Positions 1-10,730 of a stretch of DNA of 64,000 nt are shown here, piece after piece. Where the stretch lies: assembly GCF_044704955.1 (NCBI RefSeq), contig NC_091990.1, positions 165,912,001-165,976,000 on the forward strand, given 5' to 3'. Within the stretch, counting starts at the first letter, position 1. The number at the start of each line of letters is the position of its first letter. The position numbers and the translations under genes are program-made. The notes beneath the pieces are model-generated. The model was not told the DNA's origin. It made no database searches and saw only the letters and a list, made by a program, of their open reading frames with translations. This DNA is from Pristiophorus japonicus. Its lineage: Eukaryota.

Positions 1-45
1 CGTACTTCCGATTCCGGAGTTATTTATTTAAATGATGAATAAGTG

Positions 46-105
46 CAAAGTTTGCTCAAATCCATTCCTGGAACGATCGTATTCCAAGACGACATTCTCA
101 TAACA
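46..105 (+). mobile_element. Short Gypsy/Ty3 reverse-transcriptase fragment
   Basis: Encodes SLLKSIPGTIVFQDDILIT, close to ESLLKSEPRTVVFQDDILVT in the Gypsy RT at ~22370-22430. Confidence 0.5.
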
Positions 106-184
106 TCCTCACTTATTCACTCTTACATATCTAATAAAAGCCAGAGCACCTTCAACAATGCCTTTCTCCCTGCACACAGCTGCC

Positions 185-485
185 ACTGGAGTCCCAAGGA
201 TCTATCCTTGGCCCCTCATCTACAAGCTACGCCTGGGCGACATCATCCAAAGACATCAGGTTTCACATGTACACCCACGAAACCTAGCTCTACCTCTCTC
301 GACCTCTCCACTGCCTCAAATGTTGTCAGCCTGCTTCTGTGACATCCAGTCTTGGATGAGCTACAATTTCTTCCAGCTAAACACTGAAGCCATCGTTTTC
401 GACCACTGCTACAAACTCCTTAACCTGGCCTCCGATTCTGGTTGAAGCAGACTGCTCGCCATCTCAGAGTCCGGTCCGACCCCAG
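185..485 (+). mobile_element. Decayed L2/CR1-clade LINE RT remnant
   Basis: ggagtcccaaggatctatccttggcccc resembles the GVPQGSILGP motif, followed by DIQSWMSYNFFQLN. Confidence 0.45.
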
Positions 486-623
486 AGCTCGGGCCTGCTG
501 CAGCACCCCCACTGGCGGGGAAGTGTCATTACAGCATGACAGCTTTACATTACAATGACGAATTTAGATTGCCCCATTATTTCAAAGCTAGTTGTGGTCT
601 TTGCATTATGTTTGTGACTTTAC

Positions 624-834
624 CTCCGAACAGAAAGGTTCCAAAGATGAAGAGAATGATGTGCGGTAGATCTTCGCCGAGGATTTGGAAGGAGGATTCT
701 CTGAAATGCAAATACGACTTCCATACATTCTTTCCAGATACCCCAAAGCCTGAGCTGGTGGTATTCGCCAGGTCGCCGCCTTCACTGACATTGTGCCACG
801 GCAGGCCCCACGTTATGTTGGGCAATACACCCAT
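624..834 (-). CDS. Probable first coding exon of an unidentified membrane-protein gene continuing left out of the window
   Basis: ATG at 834; 70 codons + 1 nt (MGVLPNITWG...ILGEDLPHIILFIFGTFLFG) ending at donor GAG|GTAAAG; three N-x-S/T sequons then a hydrophobic stretch; CpG-rich promoter motifs directly upstream. Confidence 0.55.
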
Positions 835-924
835 GATTCGTACCCTGGTAATGGCGCCCTGACCGGCAGTTCGACAGCAGCCGCGCGCTCCGAATGCGAT
901 GCACGTTTGAACAGGTCGGACAAC

Positions 925-967
925 TGCGCATGCGGCCACCGCGCGCCAATTCTCATTGTCACGTGAT
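925..967 (-). promoter_or_regulatory. CpG-rich housekeeping-type promoter (NRF1-like site, CCAAT, E-box/CLEAR-like)
   Basis: TGCGCATGCG 925-934, CCAAT 946-950, GTCACGTGAT 958-967, ~90-130 bp upstream of the ATG at 834. Confidence 0.6.
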
Positions 968-1128
968 CTGGAGCTGCACATGGCGGCTTCCCCAGAGGCC
1001 TATCCTGTGTACCTGTGATGTTGTGCCTCTCTCCCAGTGTCTATCAGTGCTGCTCTTCCTCTGTCCTTGCATGCTCCTGGGCGCTTCTCCCCCCTATCTG
1101 CACTTGTCGTTTCCTCTCCCTCTGTGTG

Positions 1129-1673
1129 TAATTCACTCTCTGGTTCCCCAAGTTGTCTGTAATTCTCCCTTTCAGGCTTCTTATTACAACAATAACTCGT
1201 ATTTATATCATCATCATAGGCAGTCCCTCGAAATCGAGGAAGACTTGCTTCCACTCCAAAAGTGAGTTCTCAGGTGACTGAACAGTCCAATATGGGTATT
1301 ACAGTCTCTGTCACAAGTGGGACAGACAGTGGTTGAAGGAAAGGGTGAGTGGGGAGTCTGGTTTGCCGCACGCTCTTTCCGCTCCTGCGCTTGGTTTCTG
1401 CATGCTCTCGGCAACGAGACTCGAGGTGCTCAGCGCCCTCCCGGATGCACTTCCTCCACTTAGGGCGGTCTTTGGCCAGGGACTCCCAGGTGTCGGTGGG
1501 GATGTTGCACTTTATCAAGGAGGCTTTGAGAGTGTCCTTGAAATATTTCCTCTGCCCATCTTGGGCCCGCCTGCCGTGTAGGAGTTCCGAGTATAATTCA
1601 CTCTCTGGTTCCCTAAGTTGTCTGTGATTCTCCCTTTCAGGTCCCTTATTACAACAACAACTTGTATTTACAT
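1129..1673. repeat. 80-bp direct repeat (1129-1208 and 1594-1673) flanking an RTE insertion
   Basis: taattcactctctggttccc...ttattacaacaa..aact.gtattta.at occurs twice with a few mismatches, exactly bracketing the RTE fragment. Confidence 0.85.
1209..1593 (-). mobile_element. 5'-truncated RTE-clade LINE, 3' end
   Basis: C-terminal motifs TWESLAKDRPKWR and C2H2 finger CPTCDRDC..HIGLFSHLRTH; (ATG)n-type tail read as catcatcat on +. Confidence 0.8.
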
Positions 1674-2320
1674 AACGTCTTTAACAACGTCGCAAGTTGC
1701 TTCACAGGAGTGTTATCAAACAAAATTTGACACCGAGCCAAATAAGGAAGATATCAAGGCAGATGACCAAAAGCTTGGTCAATGAGATAGGTTTTAAGGA
1801 GCATCTTAAAGGAGGATAGAGGGGCGGTGAGGTTTAGGGAGGGAATTCCAGATCTTAGTGCCTCGGCAGTTGAAGGCACAGCCACCAATGGTGGTGCGAT
1901 TGAAATTGGGGATGGTCAAGAGGCCAGTTGAAGTTTCAAGGTTCACAGTCCATGAAGTATAAATTTTGGATTTAGTTGTTGTGGGTGTCATTAACTTTTA
2001 ATAATTTAAAAGAAAGAATGGAGGTTAAAGAAGAGGTGGTCGTAATATGTATTTTTCTTTATACTGTTGTGAACACAATCTTTATAACCATACAACTGAG
2101 TGAACAAGATTTAACTCAAGATGGTGAAAAACGTAAGGGGAAAAGAAAGCATGCAGATAAATATCTCATTTTTACCAGCGTGGGAATGTATCTATTTGTA
2201 GAGTGTAATGGGAAATTATTAGAGGAGAGCAGATATCGCGGAGGGTTGTGGGCCTGAAGGAGATTCTAGAGATAAGGAGGGGCAAGGCCATGGAGGGCTT
2301 TGAAAACAAGGCTGAGAATT
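1650..2320 (-). mobile_element. L2-type LINE/SINE 3' fragments (~1650-1930 and ~2230-2320)
   Basis: acaacaacttgtattta tail and GGCAFNCRGTKIWNSLP motif; similar to the + strand copy at 24440-24780. Confidence 0.5.
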
Positions 2321-2369
2321 GTCTGTGTGCATAGTTTGCTTTCGCTAACTGAGTCTATCTCTCTCCTGA

Positions 2370-2725
2370 AAACAGAGTACTGCCAGTGTTCTGGCCAGCA
2401 TGATTCCTAAATCAGCACCACCGAAGTAATTTCTCTCCTTTGCTGTTCATGGGATCTTGCTGTACACTTCACCTAAAAACAGTACCCATCAAAAAAAGGC
2501 AATGAATTGGATGTAAAACAGAAAATGCTGGAAATACTCAACAGGTCATCTACCTGAAACGTTTACTCTGTTTCTCTCCACAGATGCTGCCTGGCCTGCT
2601 GAGTATTTTCAGTATTTTCTGGGGTTTCAGATTTGCAGCAGCCACCGTATTTCGCTAATTAATGGGATGTGAAGTGCTTTCAGACATTCGGAGGACGTGA
2701 AAGACTAAAAATGCAAGTTCTTTCT
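2370..2725 (+). mobile_element. Decayed Deu-domain SINE interrupted by a fold-back Penelope terminal fragment (~2515-2655)
   Basis: tgctgttcatgggatcttgctgt ... gtgaagtgctttcagac ... aaatgcaagtt; inverted pair 2519-2548 / 2592-2621 of the Penelope terminal sequence. Confidence 0.45.
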
Positions 2726-3549
2726 TACTGTAACATAGAAGAATTATGTACAGCTGCTTCAAACTTCATACATTGCACGCTATTACATCCTTACTGTATT
2801 GAAACCAAGATTCATTGCACTGCAATCTTTCTCCCTGAACCTTGAAAGTGGAGCCCCATATCAATTCTCAGTATTCACATCCGATCATCTACCGGTTTTT
2901 AAACCACAAACTTGGCATCATCTAAATATTACTGCCTGAATCAGTTCATCAGTTCGCGTGAACTGGATCTGAGCCCCACACTTCAGTTGTTTAATAATTT
3001 AAAAAGTACACAATCTCAGTGAAAAGATGCTTCGAAAGTCTGTAAGCTTGATATGCATCAGAAATTATGATCCATTTAACGTATTGCTTTATGCTTCCGC
3101 TCTGGGAGTAACTAGTACAGAAAACAGTGGTTTTAAATCCAATCTATACCCATGGTTAAAAATATTGAAATCACAGAGGTTTTGATCTGTAATACCGGTT
3201 CACTCGTCATGGGGAAGGGTGCAAGGATATATATTTGATACCTAATTCTGAAAAAATGTATGAGTGTTCGCATGTTACTGATTTAGAAAGTAATCCTGTC
3301 ACGCACGGAAAATATAAAATGAAATTCTGAATAGGATTAAAATAAATATTTTCTAAATATATGAACCTGTGGACACAGGCAGCTCGCCGCCAGTGTACGC
3401 TTTGTGCAGCCAGCCTTTGGGACAGTGTACTCATCAAATGTAATTATATGCTTCGTGTCTATCTGCAGCCAAATTACCTAAGAGTATACTTCATGTAATT
3501 GGTGCAATTTTTGTTCTAATGGGGGTGACATACAGAGGCAATAGAGCTC

Positions 3550-3594
3550 TGACGCGGGAGGGGGACTGGCGATGCGGTTGGCTTCCAATATAAA
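3550..3594 (+). promoter_or_regulatory. GAL: Galanin core promoter: CRE-like GTRE (TGACGCGG) and TATA box
   Basis: TGACGCGG 3550-3557; TATAAA 3589-3594, upstream of exon 1. Confidence 0.8.
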
Positions 3595-3619
3595 GGTACA
3601 CAGTGCGCTCCGCTCTCTG

Positions 3620-3755
3620 CCACAACTTCTGTGTTATGGCAGCTGTTGCTCCAGGCAAGAGGCAGACGTGTTAGTTCAGCAACTCTCCAGGCTTCAGTCA
3701 CAAAAGTACGTCACACCATCGAGTTCGGAAGAAAGCATACTGCGGCCAAAACAAG
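3620..3755 (+). other. GAL: GAL exon 1 (5' UTR; start estimated from the TATA box)
   Basis: Ends at donor AAG|GTAAG (3756); a short intron leads to TTTCAG|ATG at 3881, as in mammalian GAL. Confidence 0.75.
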
Positions 3756-3880
3756 GTAAGATCAGGAAAATATATTTTTCTATTTACTTTTTTTAATCTT
3801 AAAATGTTTGTATTTTTTTCATTTTCTCTGGGATGTTTCTTCAGGAATTCACCTGTTTTATTCTCCCCCTCCGCTTTCAG

Positions 3881-3961
3881 ATGCCGAGCTGTGTCAGCCT
3901 CCTGTGTGTGTCTCTAGTCCTCTGTGCCGCTGTCTCCCATTCTTTTGGGCTAGTCCTCTCG
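3881..3961 (+). CDS. GAL: Preprogalanin exon 2, signal peptide MPSCVSLLCVSLVLCAAVSHSFGLVLS
   Basis: 81 nt, cag|ATG ... TCG|gtgag, phase 0; typical galanin signal peptide ending FGLVLS. Confidence 0.95.
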
Positions 3962-5479
3962 GTGAGTTCTTTCTAAAGTGTCTAGTCTCCCTTTTTAGGT
4001 GCTCCCTTCTAGCACTCTCTCCCTTCCCTATATGAATTGTCATTAAGGGCGACTTTTTAAATTATTACAGAGTTAGAAAGAAATGTGAATGCTGACAATG
4101 TGAAATGAAAGCAGTGTTGCAAATACTTGGCATCCAAAAATATTAACCTATTATGAAGAGTCTGATTAAGAGCTCCACTGAAAACGGCCTGTTTATTAAA
4201 TAAAGGGTCTATTGAAAGATCACTCTTCAAAATATCAACCTGTTATGTCTTTATAATGCTACTGATGCTGTATTTATTTCTGAATATGAGTATCATAACT
4301 ATAAATGTGGGATATGAGGCAATATAAAATATGTTTTACTATGAAACTTTGTATTTGATAGCATATGTATATAATCATTATATCGAGGGAATTTTTAACT
4401 GGGAGTGTGATTCAGGCGGGCAGTAAATGCCAAATGCATTTGACATTGGCATTGTGAGTCTGACTATTGTAACGCCATGGGCTTTATCTGCATGCTGCTG
4501 GTCATCTGCCTGACCAAAATGGGTGAAAAGTGATAGCTAGTCAATGGACAGGAGTAGGGGTTTGGGCAGCCGGAGGCCACTGGCCAGTACCAAAAGAAGG
4601 CTCACGGGCCAGAAGGTAAGTCATGGGGAGGAGATTTTGAGAGGAACTCATGTGAGGGAAGAGAGGAAGCCCAGGGCAGGAGTGGCCTAAACTTTCCATG
4701 AGGGGTTTGGAGAAACACACCTGCTCCTACTGGCCCAAAAAGGGGCGTTTTTTTTTAAAGTTCATTCGTGGGTTCTTCAGGTCCCCGATCCTATTCTCAT
4801 TGTCTTCATCTGAGAGGAAAGGGGCAGTGGATTGTTCGCTCGGGTTAGAGTCAAAATTACAGTTGTGACCTGTGACATCATCTGACCCCAATCTGCATAT
4901 TTAAAGATGGACCCCACTGGCTTTGGGCGGGTGCCTTTACCACCTGCTGAGAAGAGCAGATTAAAATCAGGATCAGCACAAAGCCAATGAGTAAGTCACC
5001 AGGGTATTTTAACTGCCCATCATCCCGGTTTGTGTCGGCCGTATAGAGTGAAGATTGTCCCCTATCTCTTATTCTCTGGTCAATTTTCTCTGCTGAAGGT
5101 AAAGACTGTTGCTGGGGTACAGTTTTATGGGTGCTGGTTACCCTGCAGTACTTCACCTAAGTGTTATTATTCAAATCTAAACCTTTCTTTTCACCAACAT
5201 CAATATATTATTGTAATGTGTATCTATTACTTTGTTGTCTATTTATTTGAAGTCATATATTTCCTAATGATAACATCAGCAATGATTTTACAGTACATCT
5301 TGCTGAATGTTCTAAAGTCTTAACCACATTTTTTTATTTTTTGGTCAAAGTTGTAATTGGAAAAGATTATTTCAGAGTTCAGTCCTTTGTTTCTAAACAA
5401 AACATTTTAAACAGCTCAGTTTTCTTTTATTTTATCTGTCATTAGTTACAAATGAGATCCAGCAAATACTGGATAAGGA

Positions 5480-8280
5480 CCTAAGAAATAGGAGCAGGAG
5501 TTGGCCATTCAGCCCCTCGAGCCTGCTCTGCCATTCATGGTTAATCTTCTACCTCAACTCCACTTTCCTGCACTATCCCCATATCCCTTGATTCCCTTAA
5601 TATCCAAAAATCTATCGATCTCTGTCTTGAATATACTCAACGAGTGAACTTCCACAGCCCTCTGGGGTAGAGAATTCCAAAGATTCACAACTCTTTGAGT
5701 GAAGAAATGTCTCCTCATCTCAGTCCTAAATGGCCGACCCTTATTCTGAGACTGTGAGCCCTGGTTCTAGACTCCTCAGCCAGGGGAAACATCCTCCCTG
5801 CATCTAACCTGTCAAGCCCTGTAAGAATTTTGTATATTTCAATGCGATCACCTCTCATTCTTCTAAACTCACGAGAATATAGGCCTAGTCTACTCAATCT
5901 CTCCTCATAGGACAATTCCCCCATCCCAGGAATCAGTTTGGTGAACCTTTGTAGCACTCCCTCTATGGCAAGTATATCCTTCCTTGGGTAAGGAGACCAA
6001 AACTGTACACAGTACTCCAGGTGTGGTCTTACCAGTGTCCTATATAATTGCAGTAAGACGTCTTTACTCATACGCAAAATCCTCTTGTAATAAAGGCCAA
6101 CATACCATTTGCTTTCTTAATTGCTTGCTGTAGTTGCATGGTAACTTTCAGTGATTAGTATACAAGGGCACCCAGGTCCCTCTGAACACAAACATTTCCC
6201 AATCTCTCACCATTTAAAAAAGACTTTGCTTTTATATTTTTCCTACCAAAGAGGATAACTTCACATCTCTCCACATTATATTCCATTTGCCATGTTCTTG
6301 CCCACTCACTTAGCCTGTCTATATCCCTTGAAGTCTATTTGTAGGAACATCCACCTCACAACTTATATTCCCATTTAGCTTTGTATCAGCAAACTTTGAT
6401 ATATTACATTTGGCCCCCTCACCCAAATCATAGATATAAATTGTGAATAGCTGAGGCCCAAGCATCAATCCTTTTGGTACCCCACTAGTTACAGCCTGCC
6501 AACTCGAAAATGACCCGTTTATTCCTACTCTCTCTTTTCTGTCCGTTAACCAATCCTCAATCCATGCGAGTATATTACCCCCAATCCCATGAGCCCTAAT
6601 TTTGTTTAATAGCCTCTTGTGTGGCACCTTATCGAATGCCTTCTGAAAATCCAAATACACCACATCCACTGGTTCCCCCTTTTCTATTCTGTTAGTTACA
6701 ACCTCAAAAAACTCAAACAGGTTTGTCAAACATGATTTCCCTTTTATAAATCCGTGTTGACTCTGCCCAATCCTAGTATTCTTTTCAAAGTGCCCTGTTA
6801 CCATGCCCTTAATAATAGATTCTAGCATTTTCCGTACTACTGATGTCAGGTTAACTGGTCTGTAGTTCCCCATTTTCTCTCTCCCTCCTTTCTTAAATAG
6901 TGGGGTTACATTTGTTACCTTCCAATCCGCGGAAACCGTTCTAGAATCTATGATATTTTGGAAGATGACAACCAATGCATCCACTATTTCTATAGCCACC
7001 TCTTTCAAAACCTTGGGATATAGGCCATCAGGTCCAGGGGATTTATTGGCTTTCAGTTCCGTTAATTTCTCCAGTACCATTTTTTTACTAATTCTAATTT
7101 CTTTCAGTTCTTTATTCTCGTTAGACCTTTGGTTCTCCACTATTTCCGGAAAGTTTTTTTGCATCTTCTTCTGTGAAGATGGACACAAAGTATTTAATTT
7201 CTCTGTCATTTCTTTAATTCCCATTATAATTTCTCCTGTCTCGGCCTCAGGCTTACTACTCTTTTTGGCACTATTATAAGCCTCTTTCTTTGATCTAATA
7301 CTATTTTTAACTTCCCTTGCTTACCACGGTTGGACCACTTTTCCTGTGAGGTTTTTGTACCTTAAAGGAATGTATATTTGTTGTAAATTATGTTTTAATT
7401 CTTTAAATGCTATCCATTGCTTGTCCACTGTCATACCTTTTAATGTATTTTTCCAATCTACCTGAGCCAACTTGCTCCTCATACCTACGTAGTTTGCTTT
7501 GTTTAGATTTAAGACCGTAGTTTCGGATTCAACAAAATCATTTTCAAACTCAGTATAAAATTCTATCCTATTATGGTCACTCTTCCCTAAGGGCCCCTTT
7601 ACTACAAGCTTATTAATGAATCTTTTCTCATTGCACAATACTAAATCTAAAATATAGCGTGTTCCCTGATTGGTTCCTCAACATACTGATCTAAAAAACC
7701 CTCTTGTATACATTATATGATTGTGTCCTCCACACTATTACTGCAAATTTGATTTGGCCAGTCTATATGTACGTTGAAGTCCCCCATGATTACTGTATTA
7801 CCCTTATTACATTTGTTTCTAATTTCCTGATTTATACTCTGCCCTACATTACAACGACTGTTTGGGGCCTATAAACACTTCCCACCAATGTTTTCTGCTC
7901 CTTGCTGTTCCTTAGCTCCACCCAAACTGATTCTACTTCTTGATTTTTGCAGCTAAGATCCTTTCACTCTACTGTCTTTATCCCATTCTTTATTATCAGG
8001 GCTACCCCTCCTCCTTTACCGTCTTGCCTATCTCTTCTAATAGTTAAGTATCCTGGAATATTTAGTTCCAAATCTTGGCCACTTTGCAACCCCATCTCTG
8101 TTGATCAAACCTGTTAATTTCTATCTGCGCTATTAATTCATCTATTTTGTTGCGAATGCTTCGCGCGTACAGATATAGTGCCTTTAGCTTTGACGTATTT
8201 CTATTCTTTCCTGATGTCACCTAAGTAACAGATGCCTTATTACCTTTGTTACTCTCTCAGTTCCTTCCTGACTCACTCTG
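5480..8280 (-). mobile_element. CR1 LINE, decayed (endonuclease + RT + 3' UTR), in GAL intron 2
   Basis: ORFs 7321-7638, 6319-7224 and 5715-6077 with [20 protein letters not shown] and RPHLEYCVQFW motifs. Confidence 0.9.
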
Positions 8281-8484
8281 GTCTGGATGCTTTATTTCAG
8301 ATGTTTTAACTTTGTGATGATAAGCATGTTATCAAAACATTATATATTTTGGTCCTGTGCTGTGCCCTGCTTTACATTCAACCAGTTGCTGTTTATGTTT
8401 TGACATAGTGATAGATTTGGTGTTTATTATTTAGGTACACTGTATGCTACCTAAAAAAGTAATTTTCAAATATTTCTCCAACAG

Positions 8485-8539
8485 ACAAAAGAGAAAAGGG
8501 GCTGGACACTAAACAGTGCAGGATACCTACTAGGACCAC
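8485..8539 (+). CDS. GAL: Preprogalanin exon 3, TKEKR|[13 protein letters not shown]
   Basis: 55 nt, aacag|ACA ... CCA C|gtgag; encodes the invariant galanin N-terminus directly after KR. Confidence 0.98.
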
Positions 8540-8771
8540 GTGAGTACTCTTGTGCAAATGCTAAATTGTGTTGAGAGCTTGTAACATCTATTTGAGAAAT
8601 TTCAATCCTTCGTCCCCACTCCTGAGCTATAAAGTGTCCTGTTAATGAAATATCTCAGTAATTTTTCAAACTGTGAGATACGTGTGACCTGTTTACACTG
8701 GAACTTGATGAAGAATAGGTAAAACTGTGCTGACCCCTGATCTACCACTCCTGACCTGCCTTACTTCTTCA

Positions 8772-9140
8772 AAAGCAAAATACTGCGGATGCTGGAATCT
8801 GAAATAAAAAGAGAAAATACTGGAAATCTCAGCAGGTCAGGTGGCATCTGTGGAGACAACCCGAGTTAACGTTTCGGGTTTGTGACCCTTTGTCAGAACT
8901 GGCAGATTCTTGAAGTGCAGAGACATTGAAAGGGGGAGGGAAGGAAATAACTAAAGGGAAGGTCTGTGATAGGGTGAAAGGCAGGAATGATCTAAGAGAC
9001 AAAAGGGATGATGGGCAAAAATCTCATTGCACCATGCATCAGAACTGGAAAATGTTAGATGTAACAGGTTTTAAGCAAGTAGAGAGGAGGAAAGAACAAA
9101 AGAGGTCTGTGATTGGGTGGATGGCAGGAGTGATTAAATG
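8772..9140 (-). mobile_element. Penelope-like terminal (pLTR) fragments
   Basis: aaaagcaaaatactgcggatgctggaatctgaaat... matches the end of the GIY-YIG element at ~51230-51480. Confidence 0.7.
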
Positions 9141-9844
9141 ATAAAATATCTCACTGCAGTTTACAAACAAATTCTTTTCAGTATGTCATTGTGATCAAAT
9201 TTTAAGTGAGTAGCTATTCTTTCAGTGTTTTTATTCAAACTAGTTGAAATGCCTATCGCCAACCTGTCACAGAATATGCAAAAATCTCACCTCCCAGAAT
9301 GTGTACAGGTTGTATACCCATAGAATAAAGCTGAAAGTTACCTCAGTACCATTGGGTTAGGGAACAGACAAAACGGCCAGGATTCTTGCTGCAGGTTGCT
9401 ATCCAGAAACCTGCTGGATGGATAGCTGATAGGTGCTTGGCTGTACTGGGCTCCATAATTGAATAACCTACCAAACGCAATGTCTGTGCTCAGCTCTCAA
9501 AAGAATGGACATTTGGACAAGTCTTCTGATGCTTGAGGAATCATATTCCAGCATGAGTCACTGCCTTCAAAAATTCTTCACATGTTCTACTATCATAATG
9601 ACCTAAATGCAGTTGGTATACATAGATGGAGAAGATGGATATTGAGCAGTTAACCATAGTAACTGTGATTTGATGTGGCTTACTTGATCTGGAATTAAAA
9701 CTATAATTCTCTAGGAAAATTAAATAGCCATAAAAGTTAGATTTCTGAAATTTGTTGACCAGTTTTGGTGTTGCAGATGTACGATTAAGATTTTACATTA
9801 ATATAAGTTCTCAATGTTACATTTGGTAACTAACCCCTTCACAG

Positions 9845-9931
9845 ATGCCGTAGACAATCACCGGTCCTTAAACGAAAAGAATGGCCTTGCTGGCAAACGT
9901 GATCTGCAGCTTGAAGATGAAATTAAACCTG
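9845..9931 (+). CDS. GAL: Preprogalanin exon 4, (H)[28 protein letters not shown]
   Basis: 87 nt, acag|AT ... CCT G|gtaag, phases 1/1; contains the GKR amidation and cleavage site. Confidence 0.97.
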
Positions 9932-10494
9932 GTAAGAAAATGTGTTCCTCTTTGACCTCCCTAGGAGGTCCTAACAAGTATATTTTGGAGTAAGAGAGAA
10001 ACGGAACTGACCCAAATTACCAGTTTCACATGCCATACTTGGATGGAAGTAATGAAACCAATGGGGAGGAGCAGGAACAGGAAGCAGCAAATAAATTGTC
10101 ATAGACTCATCCGCAACAACTTTTGTGTGTTGGATGATGTCCCAATCCAAACAAACAGAATAATCCATTCCCTTCATCAGTGAATAGGGCTACATGTAGG
10201 ATGTGTCAGATTAGATAAAATGCCTGAGACATCTGATAATTGAGTATTGCAGGAATAGCTGGTGTGGCAAATTAATAATTGACACTGACACAGCAGTGCT
10301 GTCCTTTTAAGATACAATGTTTGTGTGGGGGTTTGTCGACATTGCATCTGACTCATCAACCTAACCTCGGAACATTTGTTGTGATGGAATATAAATTGCA
10401 CTATGCTCCATTGTCATACTTTGCTGAACAAAATATTAATTAAAAAAAGAAAGCATTTCTTGACTAAACATAAATCCTAATGTGCATTTTCTAG

Positions 10495-10572
10495 ATAACT
10501 TGCTACAAATCCTTGCTGATGAAAGTGCTGCTCGTATAGCCATCGAATTTCTTATGTACTTGCACCTAAAAG
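10495..10572 (+). CDS. GAL: Preprogalanin exon 5, GMAP core (D)NLLQILADESAARIAIEFLMYLHLK
   Basis: 78 nt, ttctag|AT ... AAA G|gtaag; conserved ADE...IEFL.YLHLK motif of galanin message-associated peptide. Confidence 0.95.
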
Positions 10573-10609
10573 GTAAGATTATTTGATATTGGAAGCACAT
10601 TTGCTAGCC

Positions 10610-10730
10610 AAGGATATAAAAGGATATGGAGTCAAGGCAAATGGATGGAGTTAAGGTACAGATCAGCCATGATCTCATTGAATGGCGGAACAGGGTCAAG
10701 GGGCTGAATGGCCTCCTTCTGCTCCTATTA
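10610..10730 (+). mobile_element. Short CR1 3'-end fragment
   Basis: gatcagccatgatctcattgaatggcgg...aggggctgaatggcct, the CR1 3' UTR signature. Confidence 0.65.

Noticed and set aside
536-862. + strand 108-aa ORF
   Set aside because: No recognisable motif; antisense to the better-supported - strand exon.
3572-4035. ORF-track entries over GAL exons 1-2
   Set aside because: They cross the TATA box or splice sites in the wrong frame; the spliced model explains the region.
4385-5065. Old MITE-like segments starting gagggaattttt?aact (also ~19488-19915)
   Set aside because: Likely repeats, but matching TIRs and TSDs could not be fixed with confidence.
8435-8484. Alternative acceptor ttag| upstream of GAL exon 3
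   Set aside because: Adds 50 nt and frameshifts the galanin peptide; as a mini-exon its downstream intron would be too short.
8540-8575. Exon 3 read-through as in bird and teleost long galanin
   Set aside because: In-frame TGA after REYSCANAKLC.
8485-9931. GALP or spexin identity for the neuropeptide gene
   Set aside because: KR directly precedes [13 protein letters not shown] with no GALP-type N-terminal extension; the 29-mer + GKR + GMAP layout and the promoter match GAL.
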